A stretch of DNA of 63,907 nucleotides, filler included, from Chiloscyllium plagiosum (lineage: Eukaryota), in the NCBI RefSeq assembly GCF_004010195.1. It is 4 parts of one record of this genome, joined end to end, with 100 filler letters (N's around TTAATTAATTAA, not from the genome) between each part and the next. Parts side by side here need not be neighbours in the genome. Positions count along the whole stretch, not along the records: positions 1 to 20,728 come from NC_057715.1; 3 more parts are not named here. One strand, 5' to 3'. A program made the position numbers and the translations under genes. Positions within the stretch are counted from its first letter, which is position 1. The number at the start of each line of letters is the position of its first letter. Shown piece after piece: positions 1 through 12,465 of the stretch. The notes beneath the pieces are model-generated. The model ran no database searches. It was not told where the DNA came from and worked only from the letters and a program-made list of their open reading frames with translations.

Positions 1-1217
1 AAGGATTCAATAAGACTTGTAAGGCAAGACTTACCCTTCACAAATCCGTGCTGGCTGTCCCTAATCAAGCAGTGTCTTTCCAGATACTCATAAATCCTAT
101 CCCTCAGTACCCTTTTCATTATTTTGCCTACCACAGAAGTAAGACTAACAGGCCTGTAATTCCCGGGGTTATCCCTATTCCCTTTTTTGAACAGGGGCAC
201 AACATTCGCTACTCTCCAGTCCCCTGGTACCACTCCCGTTGCCAGTGAAGACGAGAAGATCATTGCCAACGGTACTGCAATTTCTTTTCTTGCTTCCCAC
301 ATAATCCTAGGATATATCCCGTCAGGCCCGGGGGACTTGTCTCTCCTCAAGTTGTTCAAAATGTCCAACACATCTTCCTTCCTAACAGGTATCTCTTCTA
401 GCTTACCAGTCCATTTCACACTCTCCTCTTCTACAATACGGTCCCTCTCGTTCGTAAATACTGAAGAGAAGTACTTGTTCAAGACCTCTCCTATCTCTTC
501 CGACTCAATACACAGTCTCCCACTACTGTCCTTGTTCGGACCTACCCTCGTTCTCGTCATTCTCTGGTTTCTCACATACGCATAAAATGCCTTGGGGTTA
601 TCCTTGATCCTATCCGCCAACGATTTTTCATGCCCTCTCTTAGCTCTCCTACTCCCTTTCTTCAGGTCCCTTCTGGCTATCCTGTATCCCTCCACTGCTC
701 TGTCTGAATCCTGTTTCCTCATCCTTATGTAAGCCTCCTTCTTCCTCTTTACCAGACCTTCAACCTCTCTCGTCAACCAAGGCTCCCTCACACGACCATT
801 TCTTTCCTGCCTGGTAGGTACATACATATCATGGACACGTCGTATCTGCTCTTTGAAAAAGTTTCACATTTCCACCACATCCTTCCCTGACAACGTATGC
901 TCCCAACGTATGCTCCTCAAATCCTGCCTTACAGCATCGTAATTTCCCTTCCCCCAATTATAAAATCTACCTTGTTGTGCGCACCTATCTCTCTCCATAA
1001 CCAAGGTGAAAGTCACAGAATTGTGGTCACCATCACCAAAATGTTCACCCACTAACAAGCCCACCACTTGTCCCGGTTCATTACCGCGTACCAAATCCAA
1101 TATGGCCTCCCCTCTGGTTGGACAATCTACATACTGCGTTAGAAAAGCTTCCTGGACACACTGCACAAACACCGCCCCATCCAATCTACTTGATCTAAAG
1201 AGCTTCCAATCAATATT
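1..1217 (-). mobile_element. CR1 LINE ORF2 fragment (endonuclease end to RT start)
   Basis: Minus ORF 864-1184 FVQCVQEAFLTQYVDCPTRGEAILDLV...GDGDHNSV; continues to the window start with CR1 RT sequence. Confidence 0.9.
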
Positions 1218-1969
1218 TGTTCCTTCAGTGTCACTGGGTCACAATCCTTCAATCCATCCCTGATGGCATTGCAGGATTACCCCTAAACTAGATGTATCAC
1301 AGAGGGTCAAGAAAGCAATTAGGAATGAACTCAATGTTCACACCCCAAGATAGAAAAGAAAGAAGTCCCAGATTGAAAACTGTTCTCCAACATATGTAGC
1401 AAAATATGGCCACTGTGTCGATGCAAAGCTTCATGTTGCTACTGGTAACAGGGAGGGTCAGGCAAGCTTGGGCAAGTCTACTGTCGCCAGTCTCACACTG
1501 CTGTTCAGTCAGTATTACTTGCCTTTGCCAGTTAGATTCGTGCGTTTAATGAGACTGTGGAACATAGCTGCTTAAAGTAGGTGAACTCCAAAGTTAATTC
1601 AACTCATTCCTTTCTTGATCTTTAATTCAGCTCTTTCATTTAGTACCAGCTTTCAGCTTTCTGTACAACCATTCACATTCACAGTTTTCAGTCCCATCTT
1701 GTTATAGACATATGAATTTATCTTTCTTAGTCTGCACATTTGTTTCTCTCATTATCTAAGTCTGTTTCTGTCTTTCATTGTCTATTTCTCTTTCCCTGTA
1801 CATTTTTTTTTGTTCTCTTTTTCATTATTGTCTCTGTTAGGGGCAGATAAAAATCAGATGGGCCACAGATAGAAGACAGATGGGGAGTGGAGCAGTTAAA
1901 CATTGAAATAACACATTTTGAAGTGAAAAAGAGTAATATTTTTACAAGTGGAGCAGAGATCAGGAGGGC

Positions 1970-2071
1970 AGTTCTGAGGAAGGGTCACTGGACCTGAAAC
2001 GTTAACTCTGATATCTCTCCACAGATGCTGCCGGACCTGCTGAGATTCTCCAGCAATTTCTGTTTTTGTTT
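1970..2071 (+). mobile_element. Short Penelope-derived element with a minimal hammerhead-ribozyme core
   Basis: agtt-CTGAGGA-a-gggtc(actg)gacct-GAAA-cgtt-aact, followed by the family tail agatgctgcc.gacctgctgag.ttctccagcaatttctg. Confidence 0.65.
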
Positions 2072-2800
2072 GTGGAGGCAGGAACTTTGTTTTATAGAGG
2101 CATAGTGAACTGAGCTGGGCAGGTCTACTACATAAAGTTGTGAAAAGGGAATTAGAATCCTTAAATGTGCCAGGAGCTCTAGGTTAGAAATATAGGGAGT
2201 TCACGTTAAATCTGTGCAAGATCTCACAGGGCTGCAGTTCGGGTGTTGTATTGAGATTTTTGTTCTTCATTGGAATTTTAGGTTTCTATTTCTCATGAAA
2301 CTTAATAAATGATTCGAAATTGTCTCATATTGGTAATAGCAATTAAACTTTGTTCAGCTTTAACAATGTTCATATGTACATATTACAATACATACAGTGT
2401 AGTTTGCAGGACCTACGTTACTCCATTTATACTTTGCATAAAGTGTCATGGGCTGAATTGTTTTTTTTTGGCTAAATGTCAGTTGTCAAATCATTCTTGG
2501 ACAGTTTTTGCAGAGAAGGTGAGTAAGCTCTTGCACTGTATCTTATCAAACCTGCCTCATTAACCACCTACCCCCCCCCCCCCCCCCACCCCCTCCGCAA
2601 GTTCCCACCGCTCCCCGTCCCGAGTTGAGCTATCCCGATTTTAGCCACGTCTTATCATGTGCTATTACCAAAACAACTAGACACTGCCAGGAAATCCCGG
2701 AATTGACTGACATCCCGATGGTGTCCTCTTTAATCAGCACTTCTGCAGCAGGCACACACAGTGAACCCAGTTCCTGATACACGCTTTGGGCACTGCACAC

Positions 2801-2990
2801 AAGGGGAAATCGGTGCCCAGTTTTGTGGACAGGAGCCTGGAGCTCCTGCTGGATGGGGTGATGCAGAGCCAGCAGTCCCTCCGCTCTGAGAACTAGCAGA
2901 AGTGGTCACAGCTGCAGACCAGGCCGGGCTGCTCCATGGTTGCCACCTGGAGTCTCAGCTGCCTGGAGGAACACAACAATGTAAGAAGGT
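2801..2990 (+). mobile_element. Degraded PIF/Harbinger Myb/SANT-like ORF, 5' part
   Basis: KGKSVPSFVDRSLELLLDGVMQSQQSLRSEN*QKW...then, after a frameshift, ...QCKK; resembles the Harbinger Myb domain pattern (K..APRF.D..LE.LL..V...QC.KK). Confidence 0.55.
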
Positions 2991-5944
2991 ACGAATCTCC
3001 TGGGTGGGAAATTTGTTAGTGCTATTTGGGTGGGTTTAAACTAGCTCAACAGGGGGATGGAAACCTGAGGTGCAGTTCCAGTGCACAGGAGGATGAGAGA
3101 AGGAAGGGCATGGACAGGATTTCACGGTCACTGGAGTGTGCTGGCAGACAGCAAGCTGGTTTGAAGTGTGTCTACTTCAATGCCAGGAGTATCTGGAATA
3201 AGGTAGGTGAGCTTGGTTAGGTACTTGGGACTTCGATGTTGTGGCCATTTCAGAGACATGGATAGAGCAGGGTCAGGAACAGAAGTTGCAGGTTCCAGGG
3301 TTTAGATCTTTCATTAAGAACAGGGAAGGCAGTAAAAGAGCGGGAGGTGTGGTCTTGTAAGTCAAGGACTGTATAACGGTGGCTGAAAGAACTTTTGACG
3401 AGGACTCCTCTACTAAGGTGGTATGGGCTGAGGTTAGGAACAGAAGAGGAGAGGTCACACTGTTGGGAGTTTTTTTTATAGACCTCCACAAAGTTCCAGG
3501 GATGTGAAGGAGAGGATTGGCAAAAGGATTTTATTTTGTAGGAGTGAAAGGAACAGGGTGGTCATTATGGGGACTTTAACTTCCCCAACATTGACTGGAA
3601 ATGCTATAACTCTAGTGGATCAGTTTTGTCCAATGTGTACAGGAGGGTTTCCTGACACAGTATGTCAAAGGGCTGACAAGAGGGGAGGCCACACTGGATC
3701 TGGTGCTTGGTAATGGACCATGTCAGGTGTTTTATTTAGTTGTAGGTGAGCACTTTGGAGAAAGTGACCATAATTCAGTTACATTTAGTTTAGCGATGGA
3801 AAGGATAGACACATGCCACAGGGCAAGAGTTATTGATGGGGGAAGGGCAATTGTAATGCGATTAGGCAAGACTTAGGAGACAATAGAATGGGTACCAAAA
3901 TGCAGGGGATGGGGACAATCGAAATGTGGAGCTGGATTAAGGAAGAACTATTGCGTACCTTTGCCAGGTATGTCCCTGTCAGGCAGGGAGGAAGTGATAA
4001 GACAAGGGAACCATGGTTTACTAAAGAAATTGTATCTCTTGTTAAGGGGAAGAAGGAGGTTTATGTGATGGTTCAGATGACGCAATGGAGAGTTACAGGT
4101 TAGCTAGGAAGAATTTAAAGAGAGAGTTAAGAAGAGCAAAGAGGGGACATGAACAGTCTTTAGCCGGTAGAATAAAGGAGAACCGTAAAGCTTTCAGTAG
4201 GTATGTGAGGAATAAAAGGATGACTAGGGTAGGAATAGGGCTTGTCAAAAACAGAAGTGGGAAGTTGTGTGTGGACCCTGTGGAGATCGGAGAGGTGCTA
4301 AACGAATATTTCTCATCTGTTTTCACTCAGGAAAAGGAGAATATTATAGAGGAGAAGAATGAGGTACAGGATGTTAGACTAGAAAGGATTGAGTTTAGTA
4401 AGGAAGAGGTGTTATCAATTCTAGAAGGAGTGAAAGTAGACAGGTTTCCTGGACTGGATGGGATTTATCCAAGAATTCTCTGGGAATCTAAGGAGGAGAT
4501 GGCAGAGCCTTTGGCCTTGATCTTTGAGTCATCATTGTCTACAGGTTTAGTACCAGAGGACTGGAGGACTGCAAATGTGGTGCCTTTGTTCAAGAAGGGC
4601 AGTAGAGATGAGCCAGGTAATTATAGACCAGTGAGCCTTGCGTCTGTTTTAAGAAAAGTTTTGAAAAGGATTATAAGAGATAAATTGTTGCTTGCTAGAT
4701 AATTATAAATCTTAATTGGAGACAGTCAACATGGTTTTGTCAAGGGCAGGTCATGTCTCTCAAACCTGATTGAGGTTTTTGAGAAGGTGACCAAGCATGT
4801 AGATGAGGGTAGGGCAGTTGACATGGTGTACATGGACTTGAGTAAAGCCTTTGATAAGGTTCCAAATGGTAGGCTGTTGGAGAAAATGCAGAGGCATGAG
4901 ATAGAGCGTGATTTAGCAGTTTGGATTAGAAACTGGCTTTCTGTAAGAAGGCAGCAAGTGGTGGTTGATGGAACTAGTGGTGTGCCACAAGGATCTGTTT
5001 TGGGACCAGTGCTGTTTGTCATTTTTATAAATGACTTGGACGCAGGCAGAAGTGGATAGGTTAGTAGATGACTAGTAGTTGCAGTTGCAGATGACACTAA
5101 AGTCGGTGGAGTATTGGACAGTGTGGAAGAATGTTACAGGTTGCAGGGGACTTGGATAAGAAACTGCAGAATTGGGCTGAGAGGTGGCAAATGGGGTTCA
5201 ATGCAGATACATGTGAGGTGATGCACTTTGGTAAGAATAACAGAGGAAGAATACTGGGTCAATGGAAAGATTCTTGGTAGTGTGGATGTGCAGAGGGATC
5301 TTGGTGTCCATGTACATAGATCCCTGAAAGTTGCCACCCAGGTTGATAGTGCTGTATACAGTGTGTTCGGTTTTATTGGTAGAGGGATTGAGTTCCAGAG
5401 CCGTAATGTCATGCTGCAACTGTATAAAACTGTACAGTTGCACTTTGAATATTGTGCACAGTTCTGGTCACCCCATTACAGGAAGGATGTGGAAGCATTG
5501 GAAAAGGTGCAGAGGAGATTTACCAGGATGTTGCCTGGTCTGGAGGGAAGGTCTTATGAGGAAAGGCTGAGAGACTTTGATCTGTTCTCATTGGAGAGAA
5601 GATGGCTAAGAGGGGATTTAACAGAGACATACAAGATGATCAGAGGATTAGATATGGTGGACAGTGAAAGTCTTTTTCCTAGGATGATGACATTAGCTTG
5701 TACAAGGGAGTATAGCTACAAGTTGAGGGGTGATAGGTTTAAGACAGATGTCAGAGACAGGTTCTTTGCTCAGAGTGGTAAGGGTGTGGAATGCCCTATC
5801 TACCAATGTAGTTAACTCGGCCACAATAGAGAGATTTAAACAATCCTTGGATAAGCACATGGTGGGATAGTGTAGGGGGATGGGCTTAGATTAGTTCACA
5901 GATCAGTGCAACATCGAGGCGCTGTATTGTTCTAATTTCTATAT
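2990..5944 (+). mobile_element. 5'-truncated CR1 LINE (ORF1 end, degraded ORF2, 3' tail)
   Basis: CVYFNARS, WRTANVVPLFKKG..PGNYRPVSL, YMDLSKAFDKVP, GVPQGSVLGP, YCAQFWSPHY; multiple frameshifts; ttcta-type tail. Confidence 0.95.
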
Positions 5945-6180
5945 AAGGTCACTTCTCTTTCATACTTCATTCTGCTACCTCTGTTACTGTACGGATCTCT
6001 CACCAAGATTCAAACTCTGCCATCTTGCTCTCAACTGGAAATTCTTCTCTCATTCACTAATTCCCACACCAACCCTTGACATTACTATGCCTGCATGCCA
6101 TCTGCACTGCTCAGGACACCCTCCCACCTGCACCACACCCATTTTCATCTCCTGCATTATCTGCCTCTTTCTCATTCCAG

Positions 6181-6280
6181 GAGGAAAACGACTCACTCTA
6201 TGGCAGAAACTGAAGTGGGTGGTGTGCTGCCCATCATTCAGCTGCTCATTGATTATGAAGAGAGGATCCTGACCATGACT
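6181..6280 (+). mobile_element. Harbinger Myb-gene second-exon remnant
   Basis: After acceptor ctcattccAG: RKTTHSMAETEVGGVLPIIQLLIDYEERIL, resembling the post-SANT TGGG...LT.YEER motif. Confidence 0.45.
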
Positions 6281-6774
6281 ACCCGAGTGGCTGATGACCA
6301 TGTCCAATCCCCTGGAGGCTCCCCCTGCTTTACAGTGCTAGGGTCCATGAGAGAAGGTCATCCCCCTTGACTTGACTGAAGACTGCTCACAACCATGTCA
6401 AGCCTCCGGCTTTGTGCCTACATTGAACAGCACAGCGATGTGAGCATCCGGGTCAGCTTAGAGTGACCGACAGTAAGGGAACAGGCAAGAGATGCAGCCT
6501 GATGCAGTCCATCAGCTGGGGGTATGCCCCTGAACACACAGTGACCTTGCTGCAGCATTATAGTGATAGATGCCAGGTCAACGTGAGGGACAGTGTCCTG
6601 TGAATTGGAAAGGTGCCACCAGGGTTACCAGAGCCTGGCATATATCAGATGCCAGTGTCCATGGATATGGGTAAATGTGTGGCCTGTGCTTATGGAGCAA
6701 ATCTCTAGATATTGGGACCCAGTGCCCAGTGTGAAGGTGCTTCTCTTGCTGCTATAGCATGTGGGAAATGCTGA

Positions 6775-7203
6775 TGTTATGACAAGGGGTAAACCCCACC
6801 GTTAATTTAAACCAGCAACACGGAAAACATTCACCCCGTGCTGTAATCTGTGAAAGTTCAAGAGGCAAAGACCTATCCCAAAAGGCACTATTTGAAGTAA
6901 AAATTAACACCTTTATTTTTTAAAATCTAACAGAGAATATTAACCAACAGCTATTTCCAAGTCATCGTTTCTTTGGTTTTAGTATTGTCAAAATTCAAAC
7001 TAGATTGGAGTTTGATATCTTGAGGCATAATTTAAACTGGCCGAATTTGAATTTGTTTTCGTCTCATAGCAACCCAGCCAGTGCTAGCTGTTCTGATCAA
7101 GCTTTACATTGTTACCTTGTTCTGGACTCTCTGTGCCTCTCTTAAGTCCTTGCTAGCTTTTCAACTCTCTTAAAGGTACAGTACTCCTTACACCTTCATG
7201 ATA
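6775..7203 (-). mobile_element. Solo LTR-like element
   Basis: TGTTATGA...TCATGATA imperfect inverted termini, ~430 bp, minus-strand AATAAA near 6912; no clear TSD. Confidence 0.35.
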
Positions 7204-7219
7204 TTGGATACCAAGGTGA

Positions 7220-7630
7220 TTCTGTAGCAAGGGCTTGCCATTTGAGCAACTTCAGGTCCAAGCTGAGGAGTTAGAATTTGAGTTTTATCACATCAGGGTG
7301 GGGAAATGTTACCTGGTCACAAGATGCTCACATCTCTCAGACTAGCTCATTTAGATTTGGTCTGTGATCAAGGACAGGAGAGGGTGACTGTAGGTATGGC
7401 AGGTACGAGGGCCCAAGGGCAGATGTTAAGGAGCCTCTGTCCCTGCAACTGTCCAAGAATGACCAAGATTTTTGTGTGGAAGACCAAGGGGACTGCAGGG
7501 AAGATGAGTAAATGGAGCCATTGCATCTTGGTGCAGGGTGTCATTCAAATGAGGGGAGGAAATAGGAATGTAACTTATGGTTAAAGAACAGTATAACACT
7601 TTTGAATAGACCTCTCAAATGCTAATTCTG

Positions 7631-7667
<37 letters not shown>

Positions 7668-8010
7668 CTTTCTCTGCAGCTGTAATGATGCATTTTGTAT
7701 AGTACCATTTGCACAACAGCACTTTCCACTGTATCCTGGTACATGTGACAATAATTAATCAGTGAGTCTAATTAGGGGAAAGGTACTGTTCTCTGCAGCT
7801 GTGAGCAGGAGTACTACAGGCTGTATTACCCGCCTGGGGATGGAGGGGCGGAATCCAGTTGCCACATTGGTGCCAACAACTTTGATAGACTAAGAAAGGA
7901 GATTCTGCTGAAAGGCTTTAAACAGTTAGGAGCTAAATTAGAAGCAGAAATTCAGAAGTAAGAATCTCTAGATTACTACCTGAGTCATAGGCAAAGTGAC
8001 AAAATGTGAG
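7220..8010 (+). mobile_element. Highly degraded CR1 ORF1 remnant
   Basis: EQLQVQAEELEFEFYHIRVGKCYL-like segment and a later HIGANN/ISRLLP-like esterase segment. Confidence 0.45.
7634..7665. repeat. (TC)n microsatellite
   Basis: About 16 perfect TC units. Confidence 0.95.
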
Positions 8011-8037
8011 ACTAAGAAGCCAGCTGTCCTGTTATTC

Positions 8038-8326
8038 ATTTAGATTCCCTACAGTGGGCAACAGGCCCTTTGGTCATATAAGTCCGCACCGACCCTCCTC
8101 AGAGTAACCCACCCAGACACATTTCCCTCTTACTGATGCACCTAACACCATGGACAATTTAACACAGCAAAATTAACTTGATCTGCACATCTTTGGACTG
8201 TGGGAGGAAACCCATGCAGACACAGGGAGAACGTGCAAACTCCACACAGATAGTCGCCCAAGGTTGGTATCAAACCTGGGTCCCTGGCCCTGTGAGGCAG
8301 CAGTGCTAACCACTGAGCCACCGTGC
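8038..8326 (-). mobile_element. HE1-type tRNA-derived SINE
   Basis: Reverse complement begins gcacggtggctcagtggttagcactgctgcctcacag (A box) and ends tgtagggaatcta. Confidence 0.85.
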
Positions 8327-8436
8327 TAAGTAAAGTTATGCTTTAGTTTGTTCAGACTTACTGTGAAGAACACAAGAAGAATCAACTGATATTCCTGTTA
8401 ATCTCTCAGAATTCTCCAAAAGGCAGATGCTATGAG

Positions 8437-8562
8437 GAGTGCCACAGTGGCTCAGTGGCTAACACTGCTGCCTCCCAGCACCAAGGACCTGGGTTCAATT
8501 CTTGCCTCGGGCAAATGTCTGTGTGTGGTTTGCACGTTCTCCCCATATCTCTGTGGGTTTTC
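8437..8562 (+). mobile_element. HE1-type SINE, 5' part
   Basis: gtggctcagtggctaacactgctgcc...gggttcaatt (A and B boxes). Confidence 0.75.
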
Positions 8563-9616
8563 TAGCAGTGATTCAGCCAAGAGGCTTGATGAGTTGAATG
8601 CAGACCATGCAGAAGAGAAGCCATTCATTAGCAAAGCTTATACACTGGAGGAGTAATATGATTGGGACAATCACTGAACAAGCTGAAGGTAATGTGGATA
8701 TGCAAACAAACCCCCTGCCTGGAAGGAGGCATATTGTGACCATGACAATGATGGTGATTAAATTGCTCATTTGCCTCAACTTAATTACTTGCCACATAAC
8801 TGAAAGTATTCAAACCCTGTTAGAAGTGCTGAGGAGATATTTTTAATTTATGCACAGGTATGTATATCGTCTAAGATAAACATAGCTTGGCCTTTTTTGT
8901 AATACTTGCATTTGAGCAAGCATTTTAAAGCTCACCACGCTTGCAGGCAACATCATTTGGTGACTGCCCCATGTACCAGCATGGTGGTGCAACTTGTTTT
9001 TGACTTCATTCAGAATGAGTAAGGTATGGTCTGTGGAAGTGGAGTAAGGTGGCAGACAGCCCTGGGTCGTGATCAGTTAATGTAGGAATGTTAAGTTGAA
9101 AAGGAGGTAACGCCATTCAGTGCTGAACTCCAGCACTGAAAAATATCACATTACTGCACACCAAGAAATATTGCGAAGCAGAAGCCACGCCCAAAGGCTG
9201 TGCAATGGTAAATGATCACTTTCATTTCTGTGAAATGTATACATGATTACAAATGTTGTCAATGTTTTCATTGCAGGAGCCTCGGAATGTAAAGGGGGAG
9301 GGACATTGTGCTTTTGTGAAAGTATGGTGGACTGTCGCTTTAAGAGTCTGATCATATGATGATGTCATGGGCCATTTTGGAGAGAAACTGTTCTATCTAA
9401 TCCTGCTGCCTAAAAGAGTGAGCACCTCCTTAAAAACACCTTGTGTTGTTTTAAACACTTCAGCCCTTCTTCAAACATAACAATGTGGGTGAAATAACTG
9501 CACAGAGTCTGGCATTCTGTCACCAAGTCACCCTTTACAGAACAGACATCAATTATCTGAATTTTGGATTATCCAAACAAAATCAAGGTCCTGAAGTTTG
9601 AGATTGGAAACTGGAC

Positions 9617-10180
9617 TGTGAGAGGTAATTTCGGTTTAAACTTTAAGATGTGCCTGGACCACGGACAGGTCTATAATAAAAGACAAAACTTTTGTTTCTT
9701 TTCTAGAACATTTTATATACTCAAAAGTAGAATAGTTTAAATTGTGCAGAATGCTGACAATTTGTGAGCAGAGTAAAACAAACAAGCCCTTGATTGATAA
9801 ACCATTGACACAGGAGGGAAGGATGAGTCCTTGACTGATAAGACTCCAGGATGGGGGAACGACTTGAGACATCTGTTTCAAATTAAAGCCTTTGACTGAT
9901 AAGACTACAGGGCGAGAAAAACAACAAACTTTGGAGACTCTGGAGCCTTTTGTTGCAGACTTTGTGATAAAAATAATGATGTTTTTAAGAATGTGAACCT
10001 CATGGCTTGTTAGAGCCAAGGAGAGGAGGGACTTGTACTGTATATAATGGGAGACTTTGTAAGCCTCAGCGCGCCTTTTCTTTAAGGGTGCCCGACTCTG
10101 CAGACTTGACTTGTTAATAAAACTTCGTTTTCCTGAATTTGTCTAGAGCGATTATTGAGAAGCGATTTTCGTTTCTAACA
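9617..10180 (+). mobile_element. LTR copy A
   Basis: TGT...ACA termini, TATATAA at ~10041, AATAAA at ~10116; near-identical to 14668-15574. Confidence 0.8.
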
Positions 10181-10452
10181 ACCAGGATCCCAGGTTCGAT
10201 TCCAGCCTCAGGCAACTGTCTGTGTAGAGTTTGCACATTCTCCCCATGTCTGCGTGGGTTTCCTCCGGATGCTTCGGTTTCCTCCCACAATCCAAAGATG
10301 TGCGGGGCAAGTGAATTGGCCATGCTAAATTGCCCATAATGTTAGGTGCATAGTTAGAGGGAGGTCGGTCTGGTTGGGTAGCTCTTCGGAGGGTTGGTGT
10401 GGACTTGTTGGGCTGAAGGGCCTGTGTCCACACTGTAGGGAATCTAATCTAA
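10181..10452 (+). mobile_element. 5'-truncated HE1-type SINE
   Basis: Starts mid-element at accaggatcccaggttcgattcc (B box) and ends gggaatctaatctaat. Confidence 0.85.
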
Positions 10453-10689
10453 TTTAATCAGTATTGCATGGACACTTTAATTATTGCAGTCTGTGTTGCA
10501 GGAAAAATTGCTGCTATTTATTCATCACAGTCAGTATTGCAGGATCTCTGCTGCAGTTTAACTATTGCAGGCAGTGCTGCAGCAAGAGCTGGGGTTTGAT
10601 TGTTGCTGCTACAGCAGGCCGAGAAAACGGGATGGGAAGAAAGTGGCTGCTCAAAAAAAGGGAAGCCTCACGATGTAATCCTTGTGATT

Positions 10690-11229
10690 AACAGAATTGT
10701 TCCAGGGCAGAAGGAGGTCATTTGGCCCATTCTGTCTACGCTAACTCTGAAAATGTTAATTTTGTACCATCCCACTGCTGTTTCCCCATAACTCTGCACA
10801 TGGTTTCTATTTAAATAACCATCCAGTGCCCTCTCGAATGCCTCAGTTGAACCTGCTTCCACCACAATTCCAGGCAGTGCATTCCATACCCTCAATGCAC
10901 ACTGTGTGAAAAAGCTACTTTCTATCTTGCATTTATTTCTTTTGCAAAACACTTTAAGACTGTACCCTCTGGTTATCAATCCATTTATGAGTGAGAACAG
11001 TTTCTCACCATCCAGTCAGTCTGGATCTCTCGTGATTTTGGAAACTTCTTTCCAATTTCTTTTTAGCCTTCTCCTCCAAGGAAAACAATCTCAACTTCTC
11101 CAATCTTGCCTCATGACTGATGTATGTCATTCTTCGATTCATTCTCTTAAACATCTTCTGGACTCTCTCCAATATATTCAAGTCCTTCTTATCATGTGGC
11201 ATCCTGAACTATACACAATACTCCAGCTA
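10690..11229 (-). mobile_element. CR1 3' fragment
   Basis: Minus ORFs LERVQKMF...RLEKLRLFSLE and TRGYSLKV...FFTQ..RVWNALP. Confidence 0.85.
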
Positions 11230-11491
11230 GGAAAATGTGAGGACTGCAGGTACTGGGGATCGGAGTCAAGAGTGTAGTGCTGCAAAAGCACAGCAGGTCA
11301 AGCAGCATCCGAGGAACAGGAAACTCGACATTTTGGGCATAAACCCTTCTTCAGGAATAAGGCTTGTGCGTCGGGGGGGCTGAGAGATAAATGGGAGGGT
11401 GGTGGGATAGGTAGCTGGGAATGTGATAGGTGGATGAAGGTGAGGGAGAAGGTGATAGGTCAGAGGGGGGAGTGATGGACAGGTCTGGAGG
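11230..11491 (-). mobile_element. Penelope-like element terminal (pseudo-LTR) fragment
   Basis: gaggactgcag...aaagcacagcaggtca.gcagcatcc...cccttcttcagg then a purine-rich tract; same family as 28719, 34088, 59282, 60203. Confidence 0.7.
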
Positions 11492-12104
11492 NNNNNNNNN
11501 NNNNNNNNNNNNNNTTTTTTTTTTAACTTTTAGCAGTGATCTGTGGACCAATAGACTTTCTTCGACTTGGTTGTTATTTGGGTAGACCTAAGTTTTGCCT
11601 TGTGCTATAGTTCTTTCTCTTGCGTTCTGTCTTTTCATTCATAGGAACAGAGCTGTTTTCTGTTTGCTGTCTCTGGATATTTCTAGCTGCAGTGCTCATA
11701 AATGTTTGTAGCGTACTGACTCTCGGACCTCCTGAGGGTCTGTCATGCAGTTTTTCTTTCCTTTAAAGACTCCTGGTGTCTCTGTATCTCAATAATATAA
11801 CACACTGCTTCAAAAGCAGCATAGTCACACACATTTGAAAATGTGTATCACTTAATTTTTCAAGTAGTAAAACTTTCCTATAGGCAAGTCTTTTTTCCAG
11901 AAAGGAAAAGTACGTGGTCTTCTACAACTGCTTGTAAAAGATTTTTTGATGTTTATGCAACAGAAACAATGGGCAGGGAGGTGGGTGGAAGTTTAAAAGA
12001 TCATGCAACTGTTTTCTTTAATTTTCATGTGAGATGGAAGATTTCTCTGTATCATTATGATGAATGTCACTCAATTTGACTTGCTGTTTCCACCATTACC
12101 TCAT

Positions 12105-12465
12105 CCTCTAGCTCAACAACATCTCCTCCTCTGCCTAGGAACCTTATAGCTTTCATGACTCAACATGGAGTTTAACAGTTTCAGAATGTGAACTTCTCCA
12201 GGTCCCTTACCTATCCCTACATCACAAGTCCTGTTTTGAAAGGGTTGCTCACAACCAATCCAATCACCCCACCAAGCACTTCTCTCATGCTCTCTTTCAT
12301 ACGCAGGTTCTCTGGGCACCATTTCCATGCACTCTCCTTCCACCCCCACTACACCCATATCCTTTCTCCCATTCCACCATCTGCGTAGATACCACCTTTC
12401 CCAGCTATTTTCAGTTCTGCCTTAATGATGTTGCCAGACCTGCCAAGTTTCTCCATCATTTTCCA
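12105..12465 (+). mobile_element. Penelope-like element 3' remnant (end of GIY-YIG ORF)
   Basis: QHLLLCLGTL*LS*LNMEFNSFR resembles the PLE C-terminal EQHLIF.LGTL.P.GLN.EF motif; followed by the gatgttgccagacctg tail. Confidence 0.55.

Noticed and set aside
2511..2524. cag-AGAAG-gtgagt as the neuronal APBB1 microexon
   Set aside because: Only 5 nt between AG and GT, whereas the known microexon is 6 nt and frame-preserving; no flanking PTB1 exons were found.
9636..10019. Duplicated 115-127 aa minus-strand ORFs (also 15065-15412)
   Set aside because: Antisense read-through of the LTR copies; frames diverge between copies and there is no recognisable domain.
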